Assembly (NCBI GenBank): GCA_964016885.1
Contig: OZ024745.1
Coordinates: forward strand, 67,208,001-67,272,000
Reading direction: 5' to 3'
From: Eledone cirrhosa
Lineage: Eukaryota
Length of the DNA stretch: 64,000 nucleotides
A program made the translations under genes and the position numbers. This document shows, piece by piece, positions 33,393 to 46,530 of the stretch (the first letter of the stretch is position 1; every line of letters begins with the position of its first letter). A model generated the notes under the pieces. It worked only from the letters and a program-made list of their open reading frames with translations, searched no databases and was not told the origin of the DNA.

Positions 33393-33939
33393 GCCAATCA
33401 TTGTAAGTTTGATTGAATCTGACATGCAAAATCATATATATATGAATCATAGTAGATTCAAATCTCACAGAGAGAAAGAGAGAGAGTGGGGGGGGTATGA
33501 GGTGCAACAGAAATGAAACATGGATTACAGCTTAAAATATAGTCTCGATAGATGGGAAGCAAAACGAGGATGTAGTTTATGGAACACCCAAATGATTTAG
33601 AAGTCGACCTTAAGTAGGAGCAATACCATTAAGAAAGAGATGAACGACACCACATCATTTTGTTTTGAAAATTTTGAAAGTAGGTTTATAAGTATGAATT
33701 TTCAGTAGATTTTTCGTAGCTGTCTGATTGGACTAGCGGTAGGTACTAGATACAGTGAAGATCGCGTCTTGGTTTCAATACTAGTCTAGTGGTATATGAA
33801 ATCTTTTTCAGTTTTTATTTTGCATCCCATAGAAAAAAACTGAAAAGGCTTACCGGGAACTCTACTCCCGAGCAGGATCACCGCATGTTTTATACGAATG
33901 GGTTAAAGATATCTGTCAAATCAATTAGTGGTGAAGGTG

Positions 33940-33973
<34 letters not shown>

Positions 33974-33979
<6 letters not shown>

Positions 33980-34652
33980 AAATGTTCGCTCTACATGGCT
34001 GAATACAATAAATGTAATCTGCGTTTTTCGAATATTAATAATAACATTCGATTCGTTTGCAATTATGCAAACAAGCCTCAATTTTATAGCCATGTCAGTA
34101 GAATGAACTCTTCATTCTTGCTCTTGTGTTGGCATGTGAACAGAACTGCAGAGATTAATATTTCTGTGTATCACCCGTCATCAGTACAGCTCACTGTTCA
34201 CCTGCCAAACTGCCAGGGCTAGTGAAAATATATGCTATGTTCAAAAATACTCAGTGACTGATCGGCTTGATTTGCATATTAGCAGACTGGCTGATCAATC
34301 AGATCTGCATATTAGCAGATCCACTGATCAGCCAGATTTGCATATCAGCAGACTGGCCAGTCAGTTTCCTGTATACGAGCGATAAATGGCCGGCGTTGCC
34401 AAATTTAAATAAAAAAGAAAGTTTTCGCTCCACATGGCTGAATACAATAAATGTAATCTGAGTTTTTCGAATTTTAATAATAACTGTTTCTACTTTAGGC
34501 ACAAGGCCAGCAATTACCCAGTGCATTACTGGTACTTAATAATAACATTCGATTCGTTTGCAATTATGTAAACAAGCCTCAATTTTATAGCCATGTCAGT
34601 AGAATGAACGCTTCATTCTTGCTCTTGTGTTGGCATGTGAACAGTCTGCCGA
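33974..34652 (-). mobile_element. Family D retrozyme-like element, ~439-nt unit plus ~175-nt direct terminal repeat
   Basis: 33974-34150 repeats directly at 34413-34652 (offset 439 before a SINE fragment at ~34485-34537). HHR at 34136-34201. No credible ORF. Confidence 0.82.
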
Positions 34653-34659
34653 TATGCAC

Positions 34660-35290
34660 ATGTGGCTGATCCGAACAAATAGGCCTGACCTAGTTGTTTT
34701 TTACAAAGAAAAAAGATTTTGCTTGATTCAGTATCGGTAGAGGGTCGGACACCATGCTTTGCAGCATAGAGGTACGGCCTTTATGATCTGAGTTCAAATC
34801 CCACTGAGATTTAACTTTGCCTTTCATCCTTACGGGGTCAATAAAATAAAGTACCAGTCAAGCACTGGGTCGATTTACTCGACTTTCCCCTCCCCCAAAA
34901 TCGCTGGCCTTGTGAAACCATTATAGATGTGGCTTGCCACTTTAGCACAAGTGTGCTAGAAAAGGAGAAGGAGAAGATTAAGCGGTAACAGGATCTAAAG
35001 TGGGAACAGAACAGGGCTCACATTAAGGAAATATTAAAGACAGTACAGGAAGATACCGTGTGGGGAGTTTTTGAGACTAAGTAAATAAATACTTAAAAAA
35101 CAAAAACAAATATAACAAATTCCCCAAATGTGAGAAGGCTCCAAGGGTCACTCGTGGAGAAATCCCACAAAAAGCCACGGTCACCCTGTCCGCTAGAGCA
35201 AATGCCCTCTCCCAGTTATTCTCCTCCAATCTACAGGCCTATGCTCAAGGCAGGCCCATTCGCACGGATTATGCTTACCACAACAATAAA
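34660..35290 (+). mobile_element. R4/Dong-clade LINE 3' fragment
   Basis: IRTNRPDLVVFYKEKRFCLI [SINE 34729-34922] IDVACHF..EKEKEKIKR*QDLKWE. Confidence 0.72.
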
Positions 35291-35671
35291 AAATATTTGA
35301 ACAAGAGAAAGAATCAATGCGCTTTCAATTGACCTTCAGAAAATATCAGACAAATTTTCTTTTAAATTATGTTTTTACAAAAATACAATGACCCTTTAAA
35401 TAGTTAAATTTGTGTCTGAGAACAAAAGGTGTATTCACGGTTGTTATATGTCTATAGATCAACATAAAAAGGAGCCAATTCAAAACATCTAAAGTCACTA
35501 TGTAAACTATTTAACAGGGTGTTTCTATACCGTCTCTTTCCATTCTTAGAAAAATAGCCTCAAAATTTATCTTTTATAAATTTTGAGGCTATGTGTGGAG
35601 TATGTGTGTTTCTGAGTGTATTTGATTTGTTTCTGCCTGTGCGTTTGGTGTATGTACATACATATATATGT

Positions 35672-35742
<71 letters not shown>

Positions 35743-36723
35743 GAGTATATCTTTTTTCTTTTTCTTTTTTCGAGCGACATAATACAATTGTATATGCGGT
35801 TCACACATACACAAATATAAGTGTAAATGTTATAACATAAAAATATTTTATGCATTCCATTGAAACAGTTTTAAAGTCATATTACATTAGCATAAATAAA
35901 ATTAGCGTTATTTGTTTATTTTGCAATTACATTGATCAATATGAATTAAACTTAAAGAAATATAATTTGAAAAGTCAATATTTGAAAAATACGTTTATTT
36001 TTTAATTCGTTGTTATTATTCTTGTTACGTTTATAAAACCTCTTTAAATCTATTGTATTCTGACGAATTTGTGTATTGGTTTCGATTTCTGCTACTGATT
36101 TCAGTTAGTCTGATAATTTTATAAATTTATAGCTATTGATTTACAAACTTTCTTGACAACACATCTGAATGCCCTCATCTTTATACGCTTTAAATGTTGG
36201 TTATATTGCTATTGGACTGAGAATCTAATCGTTGTGAAACTGACGAGGACTTCTATGAAATGTTTATCTCTTTAATAAACATTGTTTAGCTATCGGAAAA
36301 TCCGAGAATTATTTGCTATTCCATATTCGTTTTGCCGATTGAAAGTTTGCCTTAAAATTAAATTTGTTGTTTAAATGTGGGTTAGGTTATGAAGATATGG
36401 AAGACTAAAGCACGTCATGACTCATTGAAACAAAAATACTAAGAAAAAATGTGATATTTATGGTCCAGAAACATTAAAATACCCAAGCATCTCTTCATTT
36501 CAAATAGCTACATATGTGATATCTGAATGAAATTAAAGTTAGCCATTTCCTATTCTTTTCCCACATGTATAAAGAACTCATTCAGTTACTGTTTAGGAAA
36601 CGAAGCAAGCCGAATAAAACGGACATAGCTTTGGCCGTTTCCTCACTCACTCTATAGAAAACTAAGTTCGTATTATTAAAATTCGAACCTAGCTGGCCAG
36701 AGTGCACACTTTCGTTAAACAGC

Positions 36724-36777
<54 letters not shown>

Positions 36778-37724
36778 CAAAATGGATAAAACCAAATGTC
36801 ACCCCCCTGTATAAAGAAAATTTGCATTTCATAATTATCAATCATAGCTAGCATTGGAAAAGTTTCTCCAATGTCATGTTTAAGTGCCACTTCATTAATC
36901 GTATTTGTTAACTTTAAAACCATTCTGTTAAATTACACAGATTTTAGTTTATCATTTGCTCTAAACTACTACGAAGATAAAACGAAATACATTAGTCTCA
37001 TGGAATGGCATTTATCAGCGAAAAAGTAAAGAAACTTTTGTATTGATCTTGCTATTGTTCAGTGGCTTAGTGCTGTACTAATGACAACTGTAGAGGCTGC
37101 GTAATGTAATTGAAATTTTATGGGTAATCATTTCGTTAGTTCTGACGTCATAAAGGGTTACAATAAAAGAGTAAGTTAAACTCTATGTAACTTTAAAAAA
37201 CTTATGCCACCATAGAATTGCCAAATACGATTTACGATGCTTAAACATAGACAAATCACTTCTTCCGGACTATTAATAATGTAAACCACTGAAATAAAAT
37301 TATAGTCTTTTATGTGTTTTACATATATATAAATACAGAGCTGCTCAGTTCTTTGAGGTCATATGCATGAATTTAGTAAAAGTCATGAAAGAGGACATTT
37401 ATTTGAGAGAAATTGGCTTGAATAATCTTGAGACTATTCACGACGCCTCTAAGCTAATGAGCCCTCACTTGGCTTTTCAATCACCCTGTAGTCCCTACGG
37501 TGAAGCAATATCCACAATACTTGCCTTATTCTTCTTTCCTACGACAACGATGTCAGGCGTTCTAGCTACGACAAAATGGTCGCACTGAATGGTTTCGTCC
37601 CACAAGATCTTATATTGATTTTTGGTCATTATAATTCTGCCAAGGTTAGCATTGCTTTTCTTCCTTGGGGGCGATAAAATAAAGTACCACTAACGTATTG
37701 GTGTCGATTTAATTTCCCGAGATC

Positions 37725-38098
37725 TTTCAAAAATGAGACGGAAAGTAGAAATGTGGTCGAAAGTAGATCGATTTGGCATGAATCCGGCTTGTTATGGGTG
37801 GAGTTTGCTTCTAATGGTGGGAAGAGCACGGCTGAGGGGGATCATCGTGAATAGCTTGCTTGGGATGGAGTGAAGGGTGACGCCCCTATGGTTGCTACAG
37901 ACGAGTTTTTCGTCCTTCCGTTTCCAGAAGGGGGTATGATGCCTCGGATCCAATCATTTGAGAGCCGCTCTAACACCCATGCATAGTTGATGATGCGGTG
38001 AGCCACTGGATCATGATATATCCGCCCGCTTTCAACATCTCCGCTGTGATAGTGCAGATACGGGGGCGGGGCTTTGCGGTTGTTGAGCTTCTTCGGGG
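37725..38098 (-). mobile_element. RTE-type LINE reverse transcriptase fragment
   Basis: KKLNNRKAP..ITAEMLKAGG..NDWIRGII..CSNHRGVTLHSIPSKLF..QAGFMPNRSTFDHISTFRLIFE, with frameshifts. Confidence 0.85.
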
Positions 38099-39718
38099 AG
38101 GATGACTTTATTGGCTATAGATTTTCTTAAAAGTTTATGTATAATTTTAATATATTCACTGATCAATAAGAGCATGAGGCACCACTTTGATTTCAGTGCA
38201 TGCTATCGAAGGCGTTTTTCATAATCAATAATATCTACATACAACGGTTGTTTATAGTTCTATGTTTCTGAATTACTCGGTGTATGACCTATTAAATATC
38301 GTTTGTTAAAATCCCACTTCTGAAGGCTGCATATTCCTTTTGTGGGTTGAAGTCTACGACAGTATCAAGGCAACTTGTAAGCACTGAATAGACCGTGAAT
38401 GTTAAGCGTAACAACCTTCTGGATGGTAGGTCTGTAGTCTTTACGATTTGTAATGTCATATTTCGTTTATAATTATGATAATGACATTGGTCTGGATGCT
38501 GGGAGTTTCATTTAATTTAATGCAATTTCTAAAGATACTTATAATTTCCCTATAACTTTGTCACTTCGATAAACATAATAAGCGTATCGTCTTCACCCTA
38601 GTGCCTTTCAAAGTTTCATAACTTTAAATGTTTTTCTAAGTTGATCATTGGATACCTGACAATTCATATGTATACTTCTTTCTTTCGGCTTGAGTATATT
38701 CGTCTATTCTATCAATGATCTCTTATCTATCAAATAAAACCTGTCCATAACTAGATGTCAAAGCAACAATTTCTGATTTCCCTGAAGCAAGATTTATTTT
38801 ATCTCTTGTGAATCTTTTATTTTTTAATATCGTTTGTTCAATTTTGTTCAAAAGCATATTTTCCTATTTACTATTTCATCCTTTTCCTTACGGATAGTGT
38901 CGTAAATGTAAGATGGTGACTACCTAAATCATAATATTTAATTTAAGAAAAGGTTAATCACTTTGACTTCGTAATGAATAAAGTTATTATCTTCCTTCTT
39001 TGCTTTTGAAAATGTAAAATGCATTTTGTGAAACACAAGTATTGAATGCAGGTAATAACTGCAAATGGAATGCTATTTTATTACCATGTAGGCATTATGG
39101 AAAGTCGTTTAATACTTGTTATATAATTCAAATTAAATATATCTTTTGTTCCTATTCAACTGAAATTATATAGATATATGTGATATATAGAACCTAATAA
39201 ATGTTAGGAATGCACCCTGATTTGAATTCCACATTATTTTTCCCAAACGCCCAACACTTTAGCATGCTGCAACTGTTATGTATATTGTTTAATGGCGTAA
39301 ATGTAAGGAAATTTATTAGGAAGTGTAATAAAGTCGACGGTATAACAATAATCCTTTTTATTTGCATCAATCCGCCTTCTAAGCCAGCTATAGTTTATAG
39401 AAAGTATGCGTACGTAATAAACACTTACATATACGAATATTGCGCATCTATGACTCATTCCCTTTGTGTGTTCATGAAAGCTTGTGTGTTTTATGCAGGT
39501 GTGTGGGTAAGCGTGAGTATTTACATAAGTTCAAATATTATACAGCTGACTTATATTTCCTTAGTTTGTTTGAGGTTCTAACAAATGGATTGAACATGTT
39601 AACCTGTTTGCTTTATTTTAGGTGTTTGTTACAATCCCACACAGTTTATATCTGTTTCGTATTTCAAACTACGTTATTTTACATTTCTGCAAAATTCCTT
39701 TGTCCATGTACCCTATAA

Positions 39719-39766
<48 letters not shown>

Positions 39767-39769
39767 ATA

Positions 39770-40025
39770 CAAGAGCGGTGGAAGCAACTAAATTGACAAC
39801 TAAATTGACCAAATTTGGTCAATTTAGTTGTAGTGATTAGTTTAGCTCTGAAATCTCAAATGGTCAGAAAAGTTCGGTATGCGATAAACATAACATGTAC
39901 ATGAATTTTACTGTAGCGCATCTCCAAACAGATGTTTGTTTTGGTAATTTGGGGAGAAAAATATATTTATTGGAGGGGGGGGGGGCATAGCCCCGCTGTC
40001 CCCCTCCCCAGTTCCACCGCTCCTG
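39770..40025. mobile_element. MITE with CA(G/A)GAGCGGTGGAA TIRs in a TA context
   Basis: caagagcggtggaa...ttccaccgctcctg, subterminal G-run/C-run hairpin, internal perfect palindrome at ~39797-39830. Confidence 0.72.
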
Positions 40026-40587
40026 TATATACATATATAATGTAAAAAGAAATAATGCCCTGTACCCTTTCCTTAGGGGTTGAAATAATCATTCAAACGT
40101 CACAGTAGAATTATAACAAAATAGACGTTTATAACTTGACCGTTATAACGAGACACTAAGTTTATATGGCAGCAACGTCATTGAATTTCCTATGTGTAGG
40201 GCATAAAAAAAGACAGGGTGTAACTGTTACACACAAACAGCGGACAACAGAGTCCACATACTGTTCCTCTCCGACAGATAACTCTCCCTCCTCCCCCCCC
40301 CCCCCCCCGAAAACCCACTAGTTGATGAATACGAATACGAAATATAGGGACAATTAAATCTCTTCCAAGGTAACTCTATCTCGTGTTATTATTTTTATTT
40401 TTTACGCTCTTTCCTACGTTCCTCTACACACTATACATCTCATTCTACATTCCCTTACATCCCTCTCTTCACTGCCGGATTCTGTTACCCGGAGATTTAC
40501 CCATCTGCATTGTAAACATGCAAAAAACGACCCCCAAAAAAAAGATTTATTATTCCACAATGCTTCAAGCAAACTTCAATACTCTCT

Positions 40588-40665
<78 letters not shown>

Positions 40666-40769
40666 GTCTATTTACATTTGATCCTACTGTGATTTTTTCA
40701 GTATTTCATTAACATGAATAGATTTATTTCTCTCATAAATAGAATGTGATTTAGCCATGACAAATTTAG

Positions 40770-40821
<52 letters not shown>

Positions 40822-41306
40822 CTAGAATAGCCGTTAAAGTAGCTAATTGCTGTCAAAGACAGCGATGGGCAAAAATGCCTCAGAAGACAGAGACCAGCGG
40901 TCAGTGGTCAAAAGAGAGACAATTCACATAGAAAGAGGAGGGGGGCTATGAGAAGTGACCTTGCACACAGAAGTGACTGGAAGAAGGACTTTTGTGCGCC
41001 ATCAATGCCAATTTGTACGTTCATTGCAGGATACTACTATGTGATATATTAATAAAGCCCCTCTATTACGTAGTTCTTTGGGTTACTTATATTTTGTACC
41101 TGCCTGTAGATAAGCTTGGAAGCTGGTTAATTATATTTGCAATTTTTTCAGCTTTCAGGGAAATATGAATATTTGCATGTTTACATATCTACACACTCAA
41201 TCTGTGAATTTATATAAACATTTACGCAGTCTTGGTTACATCTATTCTGTGTGAATATTTATATAACTTTATCATATGCTTCGGCCTCTTAGCGCACATC
41301 TATATA

Positions 41307-41384
<78 letters not shown>

Positions 41385-41971
41385 TGTGTGTATACATGAT
41401 GCGCAGCTGTATGATTTATGTAGTCAGGGTTGTAGTCATAGGGCATTAGTCAGGTTACGGTGCAAGAATCTTTCCAATGTTTTCCTCAATGGAATTGAAC
41501 ATTGAGCCATGTGCCAGTGAAACCAATTTAATCAAAAAGCCATACCTCTGCCCATAGAGATATTTTTCGTATTTCTGTGTACGCATTTATTCTCATTTTT
41601 AGATCCTATTTTGGGTAATGTTTTTTATCTGCGTTTAAATTGCAAAATGCCTATTTTAGATTCTCAATACTAGTTCATTTATCAACTTTTTAAGATCATC
41701 CTGTCAATAACGCACTGGAAACATTTCAATCATGGTTAAAACACTGTGAACTACCAGGCTGTAGTCATCCATAACTCATTTAATCGTAAAATTGTGGACA
41801 AGTATAGTTAAATACAGAAACAAAATATTCACACACAGCATGAATTTAGATTTTATATTATGGAAGATCTCTATGCTGTGGAAGTTGTAGGTCGGGAATA
41901 CTTGTTGTTGGTGTCATCGTACACTACATACCTTGTGTCTTTTTACGACCACACTGAGAAATGAAATTCTC

Positions 41972-42252
41972 AATGGAGACAAACAACTACCTTAACTACA
42001 CAAAAGAGAAAGGTATTAAAGATACACTCATGATACAACAAATATCAACGAGGAGTTTTGCAGTTATTTTTTCATTCTTCAGTAAAAACTTCTCGAGTGG
42101 AAATATGTTCCACAACCTTTTCAAGACGTTTTTAATGAAGAATGAAAAGAAATCTTTAAAACTGATCTTTGATATTTGTGTTGTCTCATGAGTGTATCTT
42201 TAGCTCCTTCCACGTTTGTGTAGTTGAGGCAATTGCTGTTTGTCTCCATAGT
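41972..42252. repeat. Diverged inverted repeat (~80-bp arms)
   Basis: atggagacaaaca..aactacacaaa..taaagatacactcatga..caaatatcaa vs its reverse complement at 42168-42252. Confidence 0.7.
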
Positions 42253-43522
42253 TTTTTAGTACCTCATTAAAAATGCAACAGAATGTTTGTATGTGTCTTC
42301 GTCTTATGGTAAATAGGTTATCGTCTTTGGTGGTTTTATTTATTGTGGTTATATAATCATGTACTATTTGTTTGTTTTCGCACGGCACATAGGACACCGA
42401 AGCATAATGTCCAATGTTTGCTTACACTCTCTTAGGACACTTTTTGATTGATATTTGACTCTACATTATGGTGAGCTAACGAAATCGTTTTATATGTTAC
42501 ACAATAATGATGAATGGTTCAGTAGTGTGTTTTTAAAAAGAGAAAAGAAAGATTCTCTGAATGAAACATTCTCATGGAGACACCGCTAGGGAGATTATGC
42601 ATATATGTTTGCACTGTTTAACTGTATGGAGGTTAACGATGGCAAATGTGTATACAGGACATATACTAAAGCGTTTTAAGTGCATATAAGTTAAATAAAT
42701 GACGATATATATACGTTTCTGCTGTATAAAATATATTTCATTTCGATATCTATGTATTTCACCTAAAGCCGCAATTTTCCCGATTTCATATTTCAGATTT
42801 CATTTTGAGATTTCATATTCTTGTAATGAATAAGCGCTGCATTCCACTACTCAACTGATATTACTCTGGTTTGCAAACACAAGTATCTGGAGCTGGGTAT
42901 ATTTTTATCACACCAATCACAATTACATGCAGATTGTAAAATATTAATTTGTTTCAACAAAGCATTGAAATAACTGGTTTCGACATTCTATCAAAGGTGT
43001 CATACTTTTTAGCCAAGATAACTGGCCGTCTCTTTTCGACCACTCTAATTACCATCTGGAATTTGTTCGCTCTCACTCTGAAGTAAGCCACGAAAGTAAC
43101 TAACATACCAGAAATCACAGATAACATAGATGTTACTGATATCACTCCTCTAGATGATTACGTAATCCAACAAGATCCAAGCATCATATTATTGTGTCAC
43201 CTATTTTCGTAACGTGAGTGCAGGCAATATCAAAACCATATCTATCAAAGATCATGAAGCATAAAACACTTACTATTCGTCTGCTCCAACTTTATTTGCC
43301 TTCCCACCTCTTTTGTTCAACTTTGCAACTTTCTCTCTCTCTCTCCTAAAGTTATACTTTTCGGGTGAAGGACTGATATCCGATAGATTGAGACACACTT
43401 TGTCCTTTTCCCTCAAGCGGAATCAAATTGGGCCTTATGTAATTGCTGTAATTGCCCTTTCTGCTTATATTTTTCTGTCCCCAAACATATATGTGTATGT
43501 GTATATATATAAATATATATAT

Positions 43523-43641
43523 GAAGGCGTGTAGCTGAGTGGTTAGCGAATTGGATTCACAATGTTGAGGTTGTGAGTTCGATTCCTGGACCGGGCGATG
43601 CGTTATGTCCTTGAGCAAGACACTTTATTTCACGTTGCTCC
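43523..43641 (+). mobile_element. Second tRNA-derived SINE family (V-like core), truncated
   Basis: tagctgagtggttag A box, gagttcgattcc B box, tgtccttgagcaagacactt core. Confidence 0.75.
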
Positions 43642-43737
43642 TTCTACTTGGAGTTGCGACCGATAGATAGTATTAGCAACTGGAAAGACCAACGGAAACA
43701 TTGTTCCCTCGGTCCGATTTGAAGAAAGTCGATCGAT

Positions 43738-43783
<46 letters not shown>

Positions 43784-44034
43784 AATGAAAGTATAGAAAT
43801 TATTGTGAGCGTGAAGCCAACAGTATTTCATAAAATATATATAAGTAACTATAACGTCAAAATGGAAAAATAATTAACGTAAGATGTGGGAAAATAATTC
43901 AAACTCAATTTTAAAAAAATCAAGACAGATTTATCCACAGAATTTTGTGAAATCCAAGGAAAAATCAATAGAGCCTTAACTCTGAATAAAATAAAGTTTA
44001 AATACTCATCCTTCAATTTGGAAAAACTACAAAT

Positions 44035-44115
44035 GCTCTATATAGTCTTAAAAAGATTATTTCACGAAACTTTCCGTGGGGGATGGTCACGGTTGGAGTC
44101 GTTCATCAGTAGAGC
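44035..44115 (-). ncRNA. Type I hammerhead ribozyme, complete canonical core
   Basis: gctcta-CTGATGA-acga..ccgtg..cacgg..tcgt-GAAA-taatctt ttt aagacta-TA-tagagc. Lies in a ~360-bp insert (43785-44148) between (TA)n tracts. Confidence 0.85.
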
Positions 44116-44145
44116 TCAAACACGATAACCCTAGGACCACTGTTA

Positions 44146-44205
<60 letters not shown>

Positions 44206-44419
44206 ACGTCAATGTACGTTAATACTCATCTTTTTCCATTTATCTGAGGGTTCTAAATCCCATTATCAGACTAAAATTTCTTTAGTTGAAAAGTACGGTG
44301 AAAGCTATTCTATTTTCTAATTTCAAACCTGCTCACTGTTTCAAAACATACTTACTTGTTATATATATATATATATATCTTTAGGTTTGTTGGTTCACCA
44401 CTCATGTGTGAATTAATAA

Positions 44420-44603
44420 TTATTTCTACTTTAGGCACAAAGCCAGCAATTACCAGTGCATTACTGGTACTTTATTTTATAGACCCCGTAAGGATGAAAG
44501 GCAAAGTCAACCTCGGCGGGATTTGAACTCAGATCGTAAAGGGACGTAACTATGCTGGAAAGCATGGCGTCCGACCCTCTACCGATACTGCCAATCCACC
44601 GCC
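44420..44603 (-). mobile_element. tRNA-derived SINE copy, full length
   Basis: Consensus-like sequence with TSD tgaattaataat. Confidence 0.88.
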
Positions 44604-45802
44604 CTGAATTAATAATATTCGTGTGAATTAATAATATTCGTCTGGTATAGACGATGGCCTGTCGAAATTGTAGACTTCCCGCTAGCGCTCCCGGGGTCTG
44701 AGGTAGCTACGTTCCTAGAGTACTCGGAAAAATTAATTTCCATTTCTTTCGCTGGACGATACCACTCGATACTGGCTGACTCGTGGTTGGGGGTGCTGGA
44801 TGGGACTCACAATCGAAATCTTTACTCTATACCCCATCCTGATATCTTATCGAGATTAATTTTTTCATATAAGACTCTCTCTGTAAGTTCATTAAATAAA
44901 TTTCGCTATCTTAACCTTTAATTTTCTAATAATTTATTTTTCAATTTATCATTTTGCAATTTAATATTTTTTAATTTAATTTAATTTCATTCTATAACTC
45001 GTAACATAAGTCTAACGTTCCAATTTTCGTTTCACACATTAGACCATATAGACACCCATTATATATGCCTTTGTTAAATATAGATTCTTTGGAGTAGCAT
45101 TTTTCGCAGCAGTTTCTAGCATGAATGTAGTGTGACCCTTACGCTGACTTCTGTCTTTCTTTTTTTCTTCTTTCTTTTTTTCTTCTTTCTTTTTTTCTTC
45201 TTTCTTCCTTTCTTCCCCTTTTTCTTTGACGGAGAGGTGGTAGTGCATTATAAGCCTTAGTCCCCTTACCAGATGGTCATTAGTAGATTCAGTGGCCATC
45301 ACTTTGAGGGCGACTGACCGAGGTGAAGGCAGCTAGTTGGTCAGTCGTCCGCTTTGTCTCTGTCTCTGATTTTTCGAACCCATGGTTTTTTACATATTCC
45401 TTTTTTATATTCCAATACCTGATGATATCACCGGATTCATATGGAACCCGGTCATTGAAATGATCATAGTATAATAAACCTTTCAAGGATTTACACCAGT
45501 CCAGCCTCCTGTTATTTTATTTATATATATATATATATAACATTGATACAGAAATGGATTTTCTAGACTGGAACTGTTTCATTCGCATGATCTTTTGTCG
45601 CATTACCAGTCTGAGGAGCAGATCGATACTGGTGTCAGGTCTACAACTCCTATGGGTTTTCTTGAGCCAATCCTCTGCAAAACACGCGTAACAAGTCGAT
45701 ACGCAATAAATATGTTTCATATGTAAACGAAACTTTCTGGGTTTTTTCTATTATATATACTCCTGACGCATGGTCTTACTAGTTTAAACTGGTATAACCC
45801 TG

Positions 45803-45872
<70 letters not shown>

Positions 45873-46462
45873 TATAAAGTATGTCCATAGAATCATTTGA
45901 TAATATATATACACCATTTCCTCTCCCAATTAGCATAATTAACCACGTAAAAAATCAATTAGACCAGGCTATAAGATTAAAAGGCACCTATGAAGAAATT
46001 GTAGATAAATAAACGACACCAATCTCTTCGCGGCCAACCGCCATAGAATATTTACCCAACATTTCAACACCACGTGGAAATGGATTAAATATACCGTCAA
46101 CCATACACAATTAGGGATAAAATTAAAGTTAGAAGAAATGCTTATATACATACCAGGATTATGTCCCTACCCTGGGGTTTCGATATATCTTATTAAGGAT
46201 AAAATCTCGAGTTTCGAACTCATCAGGAGACAAACTCGTTAGGACAGATTATTTTCTAAAGTGGTCCCCGCCAGACACGAATTCAAAATGGCTAAGAATT
46301 GTGACGTGGCAGTGGTCAAGTCATAAATAATGTGATTGGTTGCTTACGGCGAGTGGGTTGGTTGCTAGAAAGCGCAGCCCAATATTGCCCAAATTGCATC
46401 TCAACCTTATGGGAGATTATTAAATATAAAGATTTACATATACACAAACTAGACAAAGTCAC

Positions 46463-46530
<68 letters not shown>

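Noticed and set aside
40820-41100. Possible solo LTR (contains AATAAA)
   Set aside because: No TG..CA termini, TSD or second copy identified.
41720-42550. Possible DNA-transposase remnant around the inverted repeat
   Set aside because: The translations are too degenerate to assign; only the inverted repeat is reported.
43523-43600. tRNA gene
   Set aside because: A and B boxes are present but run into a SINE core, and no proper acceptor stem is evident.
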